From a bacterium (GTDB taxonomy: Bacteria > Electryoneota > Electryoneia > Electryoneales > Electryoneaceae): a stretch of 64,000 bases of DNA. The notes under the pieces are model-generated. The model made no database searches, had not been told where the DNA came from, and was given only the letters and a program-made list of their open reading frames with translations. Every line of letters starts with the position of its first letter. Within the stretch, counting starts at the first letter, position 1. The stretch covers positions 1,984,001-2,048,000 of the forward strand of contig CAXXKJ010000002.1 in the NCBI GenBank assembly GCA_963675295.2. The letters run 5' to 3'. Positions 39,519-48,453 of the stretch are shown here, in pieces. A program made the position numbers and the translations under genes.

Positions 39519-42257
39519 ATGGCTGCAAAACGCCTGTTTCTCATTGACGCAATGGCCCAGATCTACCGCGCGCACTTTGCGTTTGCGCGAAATCCGCTGT
39601 TCACCTCGAAAGGCGAGAATGTCTCCGCCGTGTTTGGTTTCACGAACACGTTAATGGCGTTGATCGCCCGTGAGAAGCCGGATCTGCTGGCGGTGGTGTA
39701 TGATACCGCGAAGCCGACGTTCCGGCATCATGTCTACGAGCAGTACAAGGCGACGCGTGAAAAGATGCCGGAGGAGCTGGCGGCGCAGCTTCCACGGATG
39801 GACGAGATCATCGAGGCGTTGAAGATCCCGAAGCTGATCCTGCCGGGGTATGAGGCGGACGATCTGGTCGGCACGATCAGTGTGCGCGCGGCGGAGCAGG
39901 GGATGGACGTGTACCTCGTCACCGGCGACAAGGATTACTACCAGCTGGTCAATGACCGGGTGACGTTCTACGACACGAAGAAGGGGCTGGACAACGCGAC
40001 GCTGATCGACTCGAAGGGCGTGGAAGAGGTGTTCGGCGTGCCGCCGGAGCAGGTAATCGACGTGCTCGCGCTGGCCGGCGACAAGTCGGACAACGTGCCC
40101 GGGGTGCAGGGCGTCGGGATGAAAACCGCGATCAAGCTGGTCAAACAGTACGGCAGCGCCGCGGAAGTGTTGAACCATGCCGACGAGATCAAGGGCAAGC
40201 TGGGCGAAAATATCCGTGAACAACGGGAGAATGTGCTGCTTTCGAAGGATCTGGTGACGATCCGGCTCGAAGCACCGTACGAGTGCGACCCGAACGAGCT
40301 GACGTATGGCCCGTGGGAAGGATCGAAGCTGCACGACCTGTTCGCCGAGCTCGAGTTCCGCACGTTGTTCCGTTACCTCGACGACACCCCGCAAACCGCC
40401 GGTGCGGAAAAAGTGAAGGTGACCTATTCGTCGGTCACGACCGAGGCCGAACTCAAGAAGCTGGTTGATAAGCTGGAAAAGGCGGGCCGGTTCGCGGTGG
40501 ACACGGAGACGACCTCCGCCGACCCGATGCTGGCGGAGCTGGTTGGGATCAGCGTCAGCTTCAAGGCGGGGGAAGCGTTCTACATCCCGATCAATCATTT
40601 CCAGTTTGACGGCGAAGCGCCGCCGTGGGAACACGGCCGGTCGCGTGAGGAGATGAAGGAGGCGGCGGACAAGATTCTCGAGGTGCTGCGTCCGGTGTTG
40701 AGCGGTGGCCCGAAAAAGATCGCCCAGCACGCGAAGTACGACTTCCTCATTTTCCGGCGGTATGGGGTCGAGTGCAAACCGTTGTCATTTGACCCGATGA
40801 TCGGCGACTACCTGCTGAATCCCCACCAGCGCAGTCATGGGCTGGACGCCTTGGCGATGAACTACCTGCAGTTGAAGAAGATCGAGACGAAAGAGTTGAT
40901 CGGCAGCGGCAAGTCGTCAATCACGATGGACCAGGTTCCGTTGAAGCAGATCACGCAGTACGCGTGCGAGGATGCGGACGTCACCTTCCGGCTGGCGGAT
41001 ATCATCGAGCAGAAGGTGCGCGACGAGGATCTCGAGGATCTGCTTACCGAAATTGAGCTGCCACTCAGCGACGTGCTGATGAAGATGGAGCAGCGGGGGA
41101 TTCGTCTTGATGTCGACTTCCTAAAGGCCATGAGCGGTGAGCTGAAGCAGCGTCTCAGCGAGCTGGAGAAGGAATGCCACGAGATGGCCGGGGTGGAGTT
41201 TAACCTCGCCAGCCCGAAGCAGCTGCAGCATGTACTGTTCGAGAAGATGAACCTGCCGACCTCGGTTTCGCGGAAGACGAAAACCGGGTATTCAACCGAC
41301 CAGTCCGTATTGGAGAAGCTGGCGCCGCTCGACCCGTTACCGAAAAAGATCCTCGAGCACCGTGAGCTGAGCAAACTGCTGGGGACATACGTGGACGCGC
41401 TGCCGGAGCTGGTAAATCCGGAAACCGGGCGTGTGCACACCAGCTACCAGCAGACCGTCGCCGCCACAGGACGGCTGGCGTCTTCCGATCCGAACCTGCA
41501 GAACATCCCAATTCGCACCGAACGTGGGGCGGAAATCCGCAAGGCGTTCATCCCGGCAGAGGGGATGACGTTGCTCAGCGCTGACTACAGCCAGATCGAG
41601 TTGCGGATGATGGCGCATCTCAGCGGCGACAAGGCGTTGATCGAGGCTTTCCAGGCAGGCGAAGATATCCACAACGCGACTGCGGCGAAGATCTTCGGCG
41701 TCAAGCCGGAAGACGTCACCCGTGAACACCGCAGCGGCGTCAAGCAGGTCAATTACGGCGTCCTGTTTGGCATGCGCGAGTATGGGTTGTCGCAGCGGAT
41801 GGGGATCTCCGTTCAGGAGGCGAAGGAGTTCATCGATGGGTATTTTGGAGCGTTCCCGGGCGTGAAACGCTACATCGACTATCTGCTCGAGGACGCGACG
41901 AAGACGGGGATGGTGAAGACGATTCTCGGACGGCGGCGTCCGTTGCCCGAACTGCAATCCTCGAACCGGAATACGGTGCAGATGGGCGAACGGATGGCGA
42001 TTGCGTCCGCGGTGCAGGGCTCGGCTGCGGATCTGATCAAGCTGGCGATGCTGAAGCTGGACGCCGATCTCGAGAAGGAAAAGATGCCGTACTCGATGCT
42101 GCTGCAGGTTCATGACGAACTGGTGTTCGAGGTGCCGGAAGGCGAGGAAGAAGCGGCGGCGGCGTGGGTTAAGCAGCGGATGGAATCGGCGATGGAGGTG
42201 AAGGTTCCGATTGTCGCCGACGCTGGCTGGGGCAAGAACTGGCTTGAGGCGCACTGA
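39519..42257 (+). CDS. polA: DNA polymerase I
   Basis: 5'-3' exonuclease (EADD, GDKSDNVPG), 3'-5' exonuclease (DTET, YACEDAD), polymerase (TGRLASSDPNLQNIP, DYSQIELR, QVHDELV). Confidence 0.98.
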   Translation: MAAKRLFLIDAMAQIYRAHFAFARNPLFTSKGENVSAVFGFTNTLMALIAREKPDLLAVVYDTAKPTFRHHVYEQYKATREKMPEELAAQLPRMDEIIEALKIPKLILPGYEADDLVGTISVRAAEQGMDVYLVTGDKDYYQLVNDRVTFYDTKKGLDNATLIDSKGVEEVFGVPPEQVIDVLALAGDKSDNVPGVQGVGMKTAIKLVKQYGSAAEVLNHADEIKGKLGENIREQRENVLLSKDLVTIRLEAPYECDPNELTYGPWEGSKLHDLFAELEFRTLFRYLDDTPQTAGAEKVKVTYSSVTTEAELKKLVDKLEKAGRFAVDTETTSADPMLAELVGISVSFKAGEAFYIPINHFQFDGEAPPWEHGRSREEMKEAADKILEVLRPVLSGGPKKIAQHAKYDFLIFRRYGVECKPLSFDPMIGDYLLNPHQRSHGLDALAMNYLQLKKIETKELIGSGKSSITMDQVPLKQITQYACEDADVTFRLADIIEQKVRDEDLEDLLTEIELPLSDVLMKMEQRGIRLDVDFLKAMSGELKQRLSELEKECHEMAGVEFNLASPKQLQHVLFEKMNLPTSVSRKTKTGYSTDQSVLEKLAPLDPLPKKILEHRELSKLLGTYVDALPELVNPETGRVHTSYQQTVAATGRLASSDPNLQNIPIRTERGAEIRKAFIPAEGMTLLSADYSQIELRMMAHLSGDKALIEAFQAGEDIHNATAAKIFGVKPEDVTREHRSGVKQVNYGVLFGMREYGLSQRMGISVQEAKEFIDGYFGAFPGVKRYIDYLLEDATKTGMVKTILGRRRPLPELQSSNRNTVQMGERMAIASAVQGSAADLIKLAMLKLDADLEKEKMPYSMLLQVHDELVFEVPEGEEEAAAAWVKQRMESAMEVKVPIVADAGWGKNWLEAH

Positions 42258-42260
42258 TCG

Positions 42261-42442
42261 CGGTACTCGGTAGCCGGTAATCGGTGGATATTGCTTAGTG
42301 GTCTTTTCGCTGTTGTCAGTGCTCAGTGGTCAGTCCACCGTGGAACGGTGGAGCGTGGTTAGCGTGTGGCTTCAGCCACACGACAGAGGTACGCACACAT
42401 CCCCACTGTTTATTGTGGGGGAGAGCGTCCTGCAGGGACGCA
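42261..42442. repeat. Intergenic cluster of heptamer repeats and four short hairpins
   Basis: (CGGTnnn)x4, (TCAGTGn)x2-3, TCCACCG/CGGTGGA, CGTGTGGC-TTCA-GCCACACG, CCCCAC/GTGGGG, GCGTCC/GGACGC. Confidence 0.6.
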
Positions 42443-42521
42443 GCATTGGAACTGCCCGGCATGGCTGGAAGGTGCAACTCCTGGCAGCCGGTCAACCATA
42501 AACTCATTCTGGATAGATCCC

Positions 42522-43934
42522 ATGAGGGAAAACCAAACGATACGCCCACTTGCTGCGACACTGCTCGCGGGCCTGCTGCTGCTCATTGCGGCGCCTGCGT
42601 TCGCCGGCCAATCGTGGTGGGTGGAATTCAGCGACAAGGGTGTCTGGTCAACGCTTGATCAGCCCGATCTGGAAGCGGCCGCGTTCGAACATGGCCTGAC
42701 GCAACGCGCCATCGACCGCCGCAAGGTGGAGGGGTTGTCTGGCGACGATCTGATCACGCTGGACGATCTTCCGCCCGACCCGGATTATGTCGCGATAGTT
42801 ACTGAGCTCGGCGCGGCTGTGCGCCAGCAGTCCCGCTGGTTCAACCGTGTCAGTGTTGATGCGGACGCCGGCACCATCGCCCTGATCGAACAGCTGCCGT
42901 TCGTGGAACGGGTGACGCCGGTCGGGAAGATGTTGCCCGCGCGGTCGTCGTATGAGGTGGTTGAAACGTTCGATGGCAATCCCGCACCCGGTCCCGGAAT
43001 CGACACACCGGGCAGTTATGGACGCAGCTACCTGCAGGCGTTACAGGTGAACGCCGTCGAAGCGCACCGCCAGGGGATTACCGGCAAGGGTGTGCTGATG
43101 GTAATCATCGATGGTGGCTATGAGCTGTCGCATGAGTGTTTCGAAAACCTGGACGTCATCGCCGAATGGGATGTCACCAACAACGACAATTACACCGGCC
43201 AGTCGCCGGAGGATCCGGAAGGCCAGTCTCATCATGGTACCGGCTGCCTGTCGGAAATCTCAGGCTACAGCCCGGGGAACCTGATCGGAATCGCGTACGA
43301 GGCCAGCTGGTTGCTGGTCAAGAGCGAGTATGTCGCCGATGAAACGGTCCAGGAAGAGGACGACTGGGTCGCCGGGTTGGAGTGGGCGGAACGGTTGGGC
43401 GCACAGGTTGGTTCCTCGTCGCTGGGCTACACCGACTGGTACAACACCGCCGACTATGATGGCCAGTATCCGATCACCAGCCGTGCGATCACTCGTGCCG
43501 CACAAAAGGGCCTGTTGATGGTCACCTCGGCGAGCAACGAGGGCCCGCAACCGATGACCCTCGGTGCCCCGGCGGACAATTACGGCGGCCTGTCCATTGG
43601 CGCAATAGACAGCCTTGGCACCATCGGCCGTTTCTCAAGCCGCGGTCCGACGGCGGATGGCCGAATCAAACCGGACCTGGTCACGCGTGGGGTGCGAACG
43701 CTGCTCGCCAGCCCGGAAACGCATCACAAGTACTCGTATTGGAACGGTACGAGCATGGCGTGCCCGATTGCGGCGGGTGTGGCTGCGCTTGTTCGTCAGG
43801 CGCACCCGGAATGGGATGTCGAGACCGTGATCCGGGCGTTGAAGGAGACCGCCGACCGTGCCGACCATCCGGACAACACGTATGGCTGGGGCATTCCGGA
43901 TGTGATGAAGGCCATCGCGTGGACGGGTGAGTAG
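42522..43934 (+). CDS. Secreted S8 (subtilisin-like) serine peptidase
   Basis: Signal peptide (AFA), prodomain, triad IIDGG / HHGT / GTSMA, FSSRGPT. Confidence 0.92.
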   Translation: MRENQTIRPLAATLLAGLLLLIAAPAFAGQSWWVEFSDKGVWSTLDQPDLEAAAFEHGLTQRAIDRRKVEGLSGDDLITLDDLPPDPDYVAIVTELGAAVRQQSRWFNRVSVDADAGTIALIEQLPFVERVTPVGKMLPARSSYEVVETFDGNPAPGPGIDTPGSYGRSYLQALQVNAVEAHRQGITGKGVLMVIIDGGYELSHECFENLDVIAEWDVTNNDNYTGQSPEDPEGQSHHGTGCLSEISGYSPGNLIGIAYEASWLLVKSEYVADETVQEEDDWVAGLEWAERLGAQVGSSSLGYTDWYNTADYDGQYPITSRAITRAAQKGLLMVTSASNEGPQPMTLGAPADNYGGLSIGAIDSLGTIGRFSSRGPTADGRIKPDLVTRGVRTLLASPETHHKYSYWNGTSMACPIAAGVAALVRQAHPEWDVETVIRALKETADRADHPDNTYGWGIPDVMKAIAWTGE

Positions 43935-44017
43935 CGATACGTTTTGTATGGATTGAACTGACAAGCGCGTCACGGGAGGGTCGGCGCGCTTTTGTACACG
44001 GACGCGAGAGGAAAAAC

Positions 44018-45100
44018 GTGATAACGTTGACGAATGCGACGAAATGGGTCCTGATTGCGGGGATGCTGCTGTTGCTGGTGGCTTGTGCGGGGCAACAGGA
44101 AACGATGGAACCGCCGGAGCCTGCTCCGGACACGACGGTGACGGTAGAGCCGGAACCGACGGTAACCGTGCAGGTGCAGCAGGAGAACCTGCGCTCGATG
44201 CCGAACGGGCCGAAAATCGGTGAGACCACCGGTGGAACCGAATACGTGATGCAGGTTCGGCGCGGCAACTGGGTGCGTGTCGCGATGGACAACGAGGACG
44301 GTGGCGCGTGGATCTGGGCGCCGTCTGTGGGTTTCCCGCAGGTCAACCCGATGTCGGTTCCGCTGTGGATTGGTGGAACCACGCCGCAGACCGTTGACAA
44401 CCTGACCGAAACGTTTGGCCAGCCGGAATACGTTGAACAGCTCGGCGGCGGGGTGTTCATCTATCGCTATCGGAACCGCGTACTCGAACAGAAATACACG
44501 TTGTTTGGTACGGATCAGTTTGACACGGCATTCGCCTGGGTTGACCGTGAAACCCGGCAGGTGCTGCGTGTCGAGTTCAAGCTGATGCCTTACTCCGGCA
44601 CGGCGAAAGAGCTGTTGCCGCTGGCGGGATTGCAGGACGTGCGTTCGACGAAAACCAACTTCACGCATGCGTTGTACGTGGACAAGTTCCCCGGCTTGAA
44701 GAAGGTGGAATTGCAGTTTGTGCCGGGCAATTTCAACCAGGTCGAGCTGCTCGCGGCGGAACGCTACCCGGAAGACACCTTCGAATCGGTGCTGACCACC
44801 GGCGAGAAGAAGCTGGTGCATGACGAGGGCGAGCTGCGGCTGTCGATGGAAGTGACGAACAACTCGGGCGACTTCGCGATTGCCGCACCGGCGGTTAAGG
44901 TGCTGCTGATGGAAGGCTCGATGACACTCGGCGAGTGGACGTTGGGCCCACTGAACGTGCGCATCGAACCGGGTGAGACAGAGACGATTTACGAGCCGGT
45001 CCCGATCGGGGAAGAGGAAGTTGATGTGATGACCATCGCCGCGAGCGCGGAGATCATCAGCGCGATGACTGTACCGGCGAGCGCCGCCAGCCAGCCATGA
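44018..45100 (+). CDS. Putative lipoprotein with an SH3-like domain and a C-terminal Ig-like domain
   Basis: Lipobox LVAC, Pro-rich linker, NLRSMPNGPKIG...NWVRV...WIW (SH3b-like), VTNNS...IEPGETE. Confidence 0.7.
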   Translation: MITLTNATKWVLIAGMLLLLVACAGQQETMEPPEPAPDTTVTVEPEPTVTVQVQQENLRSMPNGPKIGETTGGTEYVMQVRRGNWVRVAMDNEDGGAWIWAPSVGFPQVNPMSVPLWIGGTTPQTVDNLTETFGQPEYVEQLGGGVFIYRYRNRVLEQKYTLFGTDQFDTAFAWVDRETRQVLRVEFKLMPYSGTAKELLPLAGLQDVRSTKTNFTHALYVDKFPGLKKVELQFVPGNFNQVELLAAERYPEDTFESVLTTGEKKLVHDEGELRLSMEVTNNSGDFAIAAPAVKVLLMEGSMTLGEWTLGPLNVRIEPGETETIYEPVPIGEEEVDVMTIAASAEIISAMTVPASAASQP

Positions 45101-45798
45101 GCGAGCCGCACAAACCGCGTGTGCTGGTGATCATGGACGTTGATGGGACCATGATCAAGAATGGTGATGCGCTTCGGGTGCCGTTTTACCAGGCGTTCGA
45201 GGAAGTCACTGGCGCGGACATCCGCGGCGTGAAAGTCAACTTCGCCGGTAACACTGACCGAGCGATTATCCGCCAGTTCATCGAAGTGTCGGGCGTGGAA
45301 GGTGACTACGAGGACCTGCTCGCACGGTTTGCGGATCGGTTCTGCGAGCTGGTAAATGATTCGTACGACAGCCACCCGTCACCGCGCTTGCTTGACGGTG
45401 TGAGCGAGTTGCTGCTGGCATTGCACCGTCATCCGGACGCCGCACTGGTGCTGGGCACGGGGAACATCCGGCGGTCGTGTGAGATCAAGCTGCAGCGCTT
45501 TGACTTGATGAAGTATTTCCCGCACGGTGGTGGCTTTGGTGGCGATCATGAGGTCCGCGCCGACGCGATCCGTGCGGCGATGGACGCCGGGCGGGACGGG
45601 TTTGGTTGGGACGGGGAGGCGTGGGTGGTTGGTGATACGCCCAACGATGCCATCGCAGCTCATGCAGCCGGTGCGAAAGCGCTACTGGTTGCGACCGGGA
45701 TGATCCGGAAGGAGAATCTTGAGTACGCGAACGCTGAACACCTGCTGGATGATCTGACCGATACCCCGCGAATCCTGGAGATCCTTGGGTTGGCGTGA
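45097..45798 (+). CDS. HAD-family hydrolase (phosphoglycolate phosphatase-like)
   Basis: DVDGTM, GTGN, VGDTPND; ATGA overlap with the lipoprotein gene. Confidence 0.85.
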   Translation: MSEPHKPRVLVIMDVDGTMIKNGDALRVPFYQAFEEVTGADIRGVKVNFAGNTDRAIIRQFIEVSGVEGDYEDLLARFADRFCELVNDSYDSHPSPRLLDGVSELLLALHRHPDAALVLGTGNIRRSCEIKLQRFDLMKYFPHGGGFGGDHEVRADAIRAAMDAGRDGFGWDGEAWVVGDTPNDAIAAHAAGAKALLVATGMIRKENLEYANAEHLLDDLTDTPRILEILGLA

Positions 45799-45855
45799 CC
45801 GACACGTGTCCGTGGTGCCGACGTCAGGCGATACCAGGGATGGGGTCAGGTTGGA

Positions 45856-45982
45856 TAATCCCGACGAGCAAGCTCGTCGGGGCACACATCGCCTCGAGAC
45901 CTACAGTTTGAAGGATCTCGGGTCCGCGTCCGCAAGCGGGCACGGGCACTTGTTTTGAGCCCCGAGCCCATAGCCCATAGCC
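45856..45982. repeat. Two GCAAGC-centred REP-like palindromes plus an (AGCCCnn) heptamer array
   Basis: 45856-45887 matches 7160-7192 inverted; 45923-45949 matches 36641-36667 inverted; heptamers at 45958-45982. Confidence 0.7.
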
Positions 45983-45986
45983 TGTC

Positions 45987-46910
45987 TTAGTCAATTTCCA
46001 CCGGTTCGCCGAGGAACGGTTTCACCAGCACCGGCACCGGGCTGCGCCGGATCAGCTTCTCGGTGGTGCCGCCGAGCAGGAAACGGTCGAGCGCATTCCA
46101 GCCCTGGTTGGCGACGACGATCAGGTCGATGGATTCCGACTTGGCGAGGTTGGTCAACTCACGTTGCACGTGCCCACTTCTCAGCTTGAACGGTGTCCCT
46201 TCCGGAAGTATATCCCCGGCAAACTTGTGCAGCGCTTCTTGGGAGCGGTTGATGAGGTCCGGATCGACCGGCACCGTGGACGGCCTGTCAGCGAAGAACG
46301 CCGGCGAGGTGAGCACCGGTTCGAAGACATGCGCGACGATCAGTTCCGCGCCAAACTGTTGCGACAGGTTGAGCGCAGTGGTTAGCGATTCCTTGGACGC
46401 GTCTGAAAAGTCGATCGGCGCGAGGATACGCTTGTAGCGTCCCTCGTTGCTGATCAGCAGGTCTTCGCCATGATGGATGGTGAGCACGGGAATGCGCGAG
46501 CCGTGCACCACTTTTTCCGTCGTGCTGCCGAGCACGAAGTGGCCGAGTCCGCTACGTCCATGGGTACCCATCACAATCAGGTCGATCTGTTCCTGCTCGC
46601 AGAAGTCGAGGATCTCGGTCGCGTCGGAGATTGCCCGGCGGACTTCCTCGCGGATCGGAACCGTCCCCTTGATCACCGGCAGGCTGTCGTCCTCAACCAG
46701 CCCGGCAACCTGCTGGCGGATAAACGCGAACAGCTCGTCCAGCTCCGGAAACTCCTTATTCGGATTATGAGGATCGGCACCATGGGGGACTTCAACGTGC
46801 AGCATCACCAGTTCGGCGTTGTAGATATGGGCCAGGACCAGCGCATGGTCGAGGGCTTTGCTGGCGGCAGTGGAGAAGTCGGTTGGGAAGAGGATGCGCT
46901 TGATCTTCAT
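45987..46910 (-). CDS. Tandem-domain universal stress protein
   Basis: KRILFPTDFS...DLIVMGTHGRSG...GSTTEKV and a second KRILAPIDFS...DLIVV...GGTTEKL. Confidence 0.92.
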   Translation of the reverse strand: MKIKRILFPTDFSTAASKALDHALVLAHIYNAELVMLHVEVPHGADPHNPNKEFPELDELFAFIRQQVAGLVEDDSLPVIKGTVPIREEVRRAISDATEILDFCEQEQIDLIVMGTHGRSGLGHFVLGSTTEKVVHGSRIPVLTIHHGEDLLISNEGRYKRILAPIDFSDASKESLTTALNLSQQFGAELIVAHVFEPVLTSPAFFADRPSTVPVDPDLINRSQEALHKFAGDILPEGTPFKLRSGHVQRELTNLAKSESIDLIVVANQGWNALDRFLLGGTTEKLIRRSPVPVLVKPFLGEPVEID

Positions 46911-47025
46911 CAATTCATCTCGCACGTTTGCGTTTTCTGAGTTACCATCTGTGATTGCTAATGTGGTACGTTGTGCGCGGGTTGCGGAATGCAGATCCCG
47001 TGTTTTCCCCCAGTTGGAGAGATCG

Positions 47026-47718
47026 TTGAACGAATTGCTTTTCTTTGTCTGGACCGTGGTCGTGGTCGGTCTGGTGCTGCTCAGTTTCCGATTTGGCCGG
47101 GTCGGTTTGTACGGCGTCATCGGTGTCTACATCATCCTCGCGAACGTGTTCGTGACCAAACAGATTACGCTGTTCGGCGTGGCGGCGACGGGCGGGAACT
47201 CATTGTATGGAGCAATTTTCCTCGCGACGGATCTGTTAAACGAGCATTGGGGGAAGAAAGAGGCGCAGCGCGCGGTGTGGTTCGGTTGGTTGTGCGCGGG
47301 CTTTTTCCTGCTCGCCAGCCAGGTGTTTCTCTGGTTCCAGCCGTCGGTGGATGATTTCGTGCATGACGCGATGACGCAGATCTTCTCACTGGCTCCGCGT
47401 ATCGTGGCGGGTTCACTGCTCGCGTACATCGTCAGTCAGACGCATGACGTGATCGCGTTCAACGCATGGAAGCAGCGCACGCAGGGCAGGCACCTGTGGT
47501 TGCGCAACAACGCGTCAACGATGGTCAGCCAGTTGCTCGACTCGGTGATTTTCACCGCTGTGGCGTTCTGGGGCATCTTCGAGTTCTCGATCCTGATTCA
47601 GATTTTCATCACCACGTATCTGCTGAAAGTGCTGGTTGCGTTGATCGACACTCCGTTCCTCTATCTCAGCAAACGGTTCAAGCCGTTGGAACTCAGACTG
47701 AACGAATACGTGAATTGA
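47026..47718 (+). CDS. Queuosine precursor transporter (Vut_1/YhhQ family)
   Basis: ANVFVTKQ, FLATDLLNE.WG, GSLLAYIVSQ.HD, WLRNNASTMVSQLLDS, DTPF; GGAG SD before TTG 47026. Confidence 0.9.
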   Translation: MNELLFFVWTVVVVGLVLLSFRFGRVGLYGVIGVYIILANVFVTKQITLFGVAATGGNSLYGAIFLATDLLNEHWGKKEAQRAVWFGWLCAGFFLLASQVFLWFQPSVDDFVHDAMTQIFSLAPRIVAGSLLAYIVSQTHDVIAFNAWKQRTQGRHLWLRNNASTMVSQLLDSVIFTAVAFWGIFEFSILIQIFITTYLLKVLVALIDTPFLYLSKRFKPLELRLNEYVN

Positions 47719-47765
47719 AGTAGAATCCCAAATCACAGTATCCGTTTAACGAAAACGAGGGACCC

Positions 47766-48224
47766 ATGCGTCGTTTGCTGTTGTTCTCTGCTCTGGCTGT
47801 GCTGATTGCCGCGCCGGCGACTTTTGCCACGCGCGATGTTGATAATCGTTACGGTATCGGTCTGCAGTGGGTTGATCCAGTAGCGTACGGTCCCAGCTTC
47901 ACGATGGACCTGTTTGATCTTCCGATGAGCATCCAGGGTGTCCTCGGCCTCAACGATTTCCCGGCACCAGTGGCACGGGTGCGCTACGTGTTTGCCGGAC
48001 GGCGGTACCTTGACGGGTACGCATACGGCGCGATTGGCGCGTACGACGATGATGGCCGTCACGACGATGACGACGGCTTGCGGTTGTTTGCGGGAGTCGG
48101 TGCCGGAGTCGAATGGGACTGGCGTGACGCCGACGCGAGCCTTCCGCCGATTTCCTGGAGCCTGGAGCTCGGTCTGAACGACACCGACCTGTCGTTCGGC
48201 TTTGGTGTGCACTACACATTCTGA
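47766..48224 (+). CDS. Small exported beta-strand protein, probable outer-membrane protein
   Basis: Signal peptide (TFA), Gly/aromatic alternating strands, C-terminal GVHYTF beta-signal. Confidence 0.7.
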   Translation: MRRLLLFSALAVLIAAPATFATRDVDNRYGIGLQWVDPVAYGPSFTMDLFDLPMSIQGVLGLNDFPAPVARVRYVFAGRRYLDGYAYGAIGAYDDDGRHDDDDGLRLFAGVGAGVEWDWRDADASLPPISWSLELGLNDTDLSFGFGVHYTF

Positions 48225-48257
48225 TCAGTTGCGGACGGTGGCTTGATGAGCCCCCCG

Positions 48258-48297
48258 GAAAACCCGCTCCCGGACGACGATCCGAGGGTGGGTTTTC
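48258..48297 (+). terminator. Terminator-like hairpin
   Basis: GAAAACCCGCTCCCGGA...TCCGAGGGTGGGTTTTC. Confidence 0.55.
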
Positions 48298-48453
48298 TCA
48301 TGCTATCTTGCCGGATATCCATTGGCAATCAGCAATTCAGTGCTCCAGCATCACAGCCCTGATAGCTCATTCTCCAGAGGCGGGACACTGGTGGGGCGCA
48401 TGTTCTCGGAATAGCTTCCTGTCGTCCCGCCAACCAACCATCTGGCTGCCGGT

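Noticed and set aside
42453-42498. tRNA-like 3' half (GGTGCAACTCC...ACCA)
   Set aside because: The T-stem has only 3 bp and there are no D or anticodon arms
46911-47025. preQ1 riboswitch upstream of the queuosine-precursor transporter
   Set aside because: No AGAGGTTCTAG-like stem-loop or A-rich tail visible
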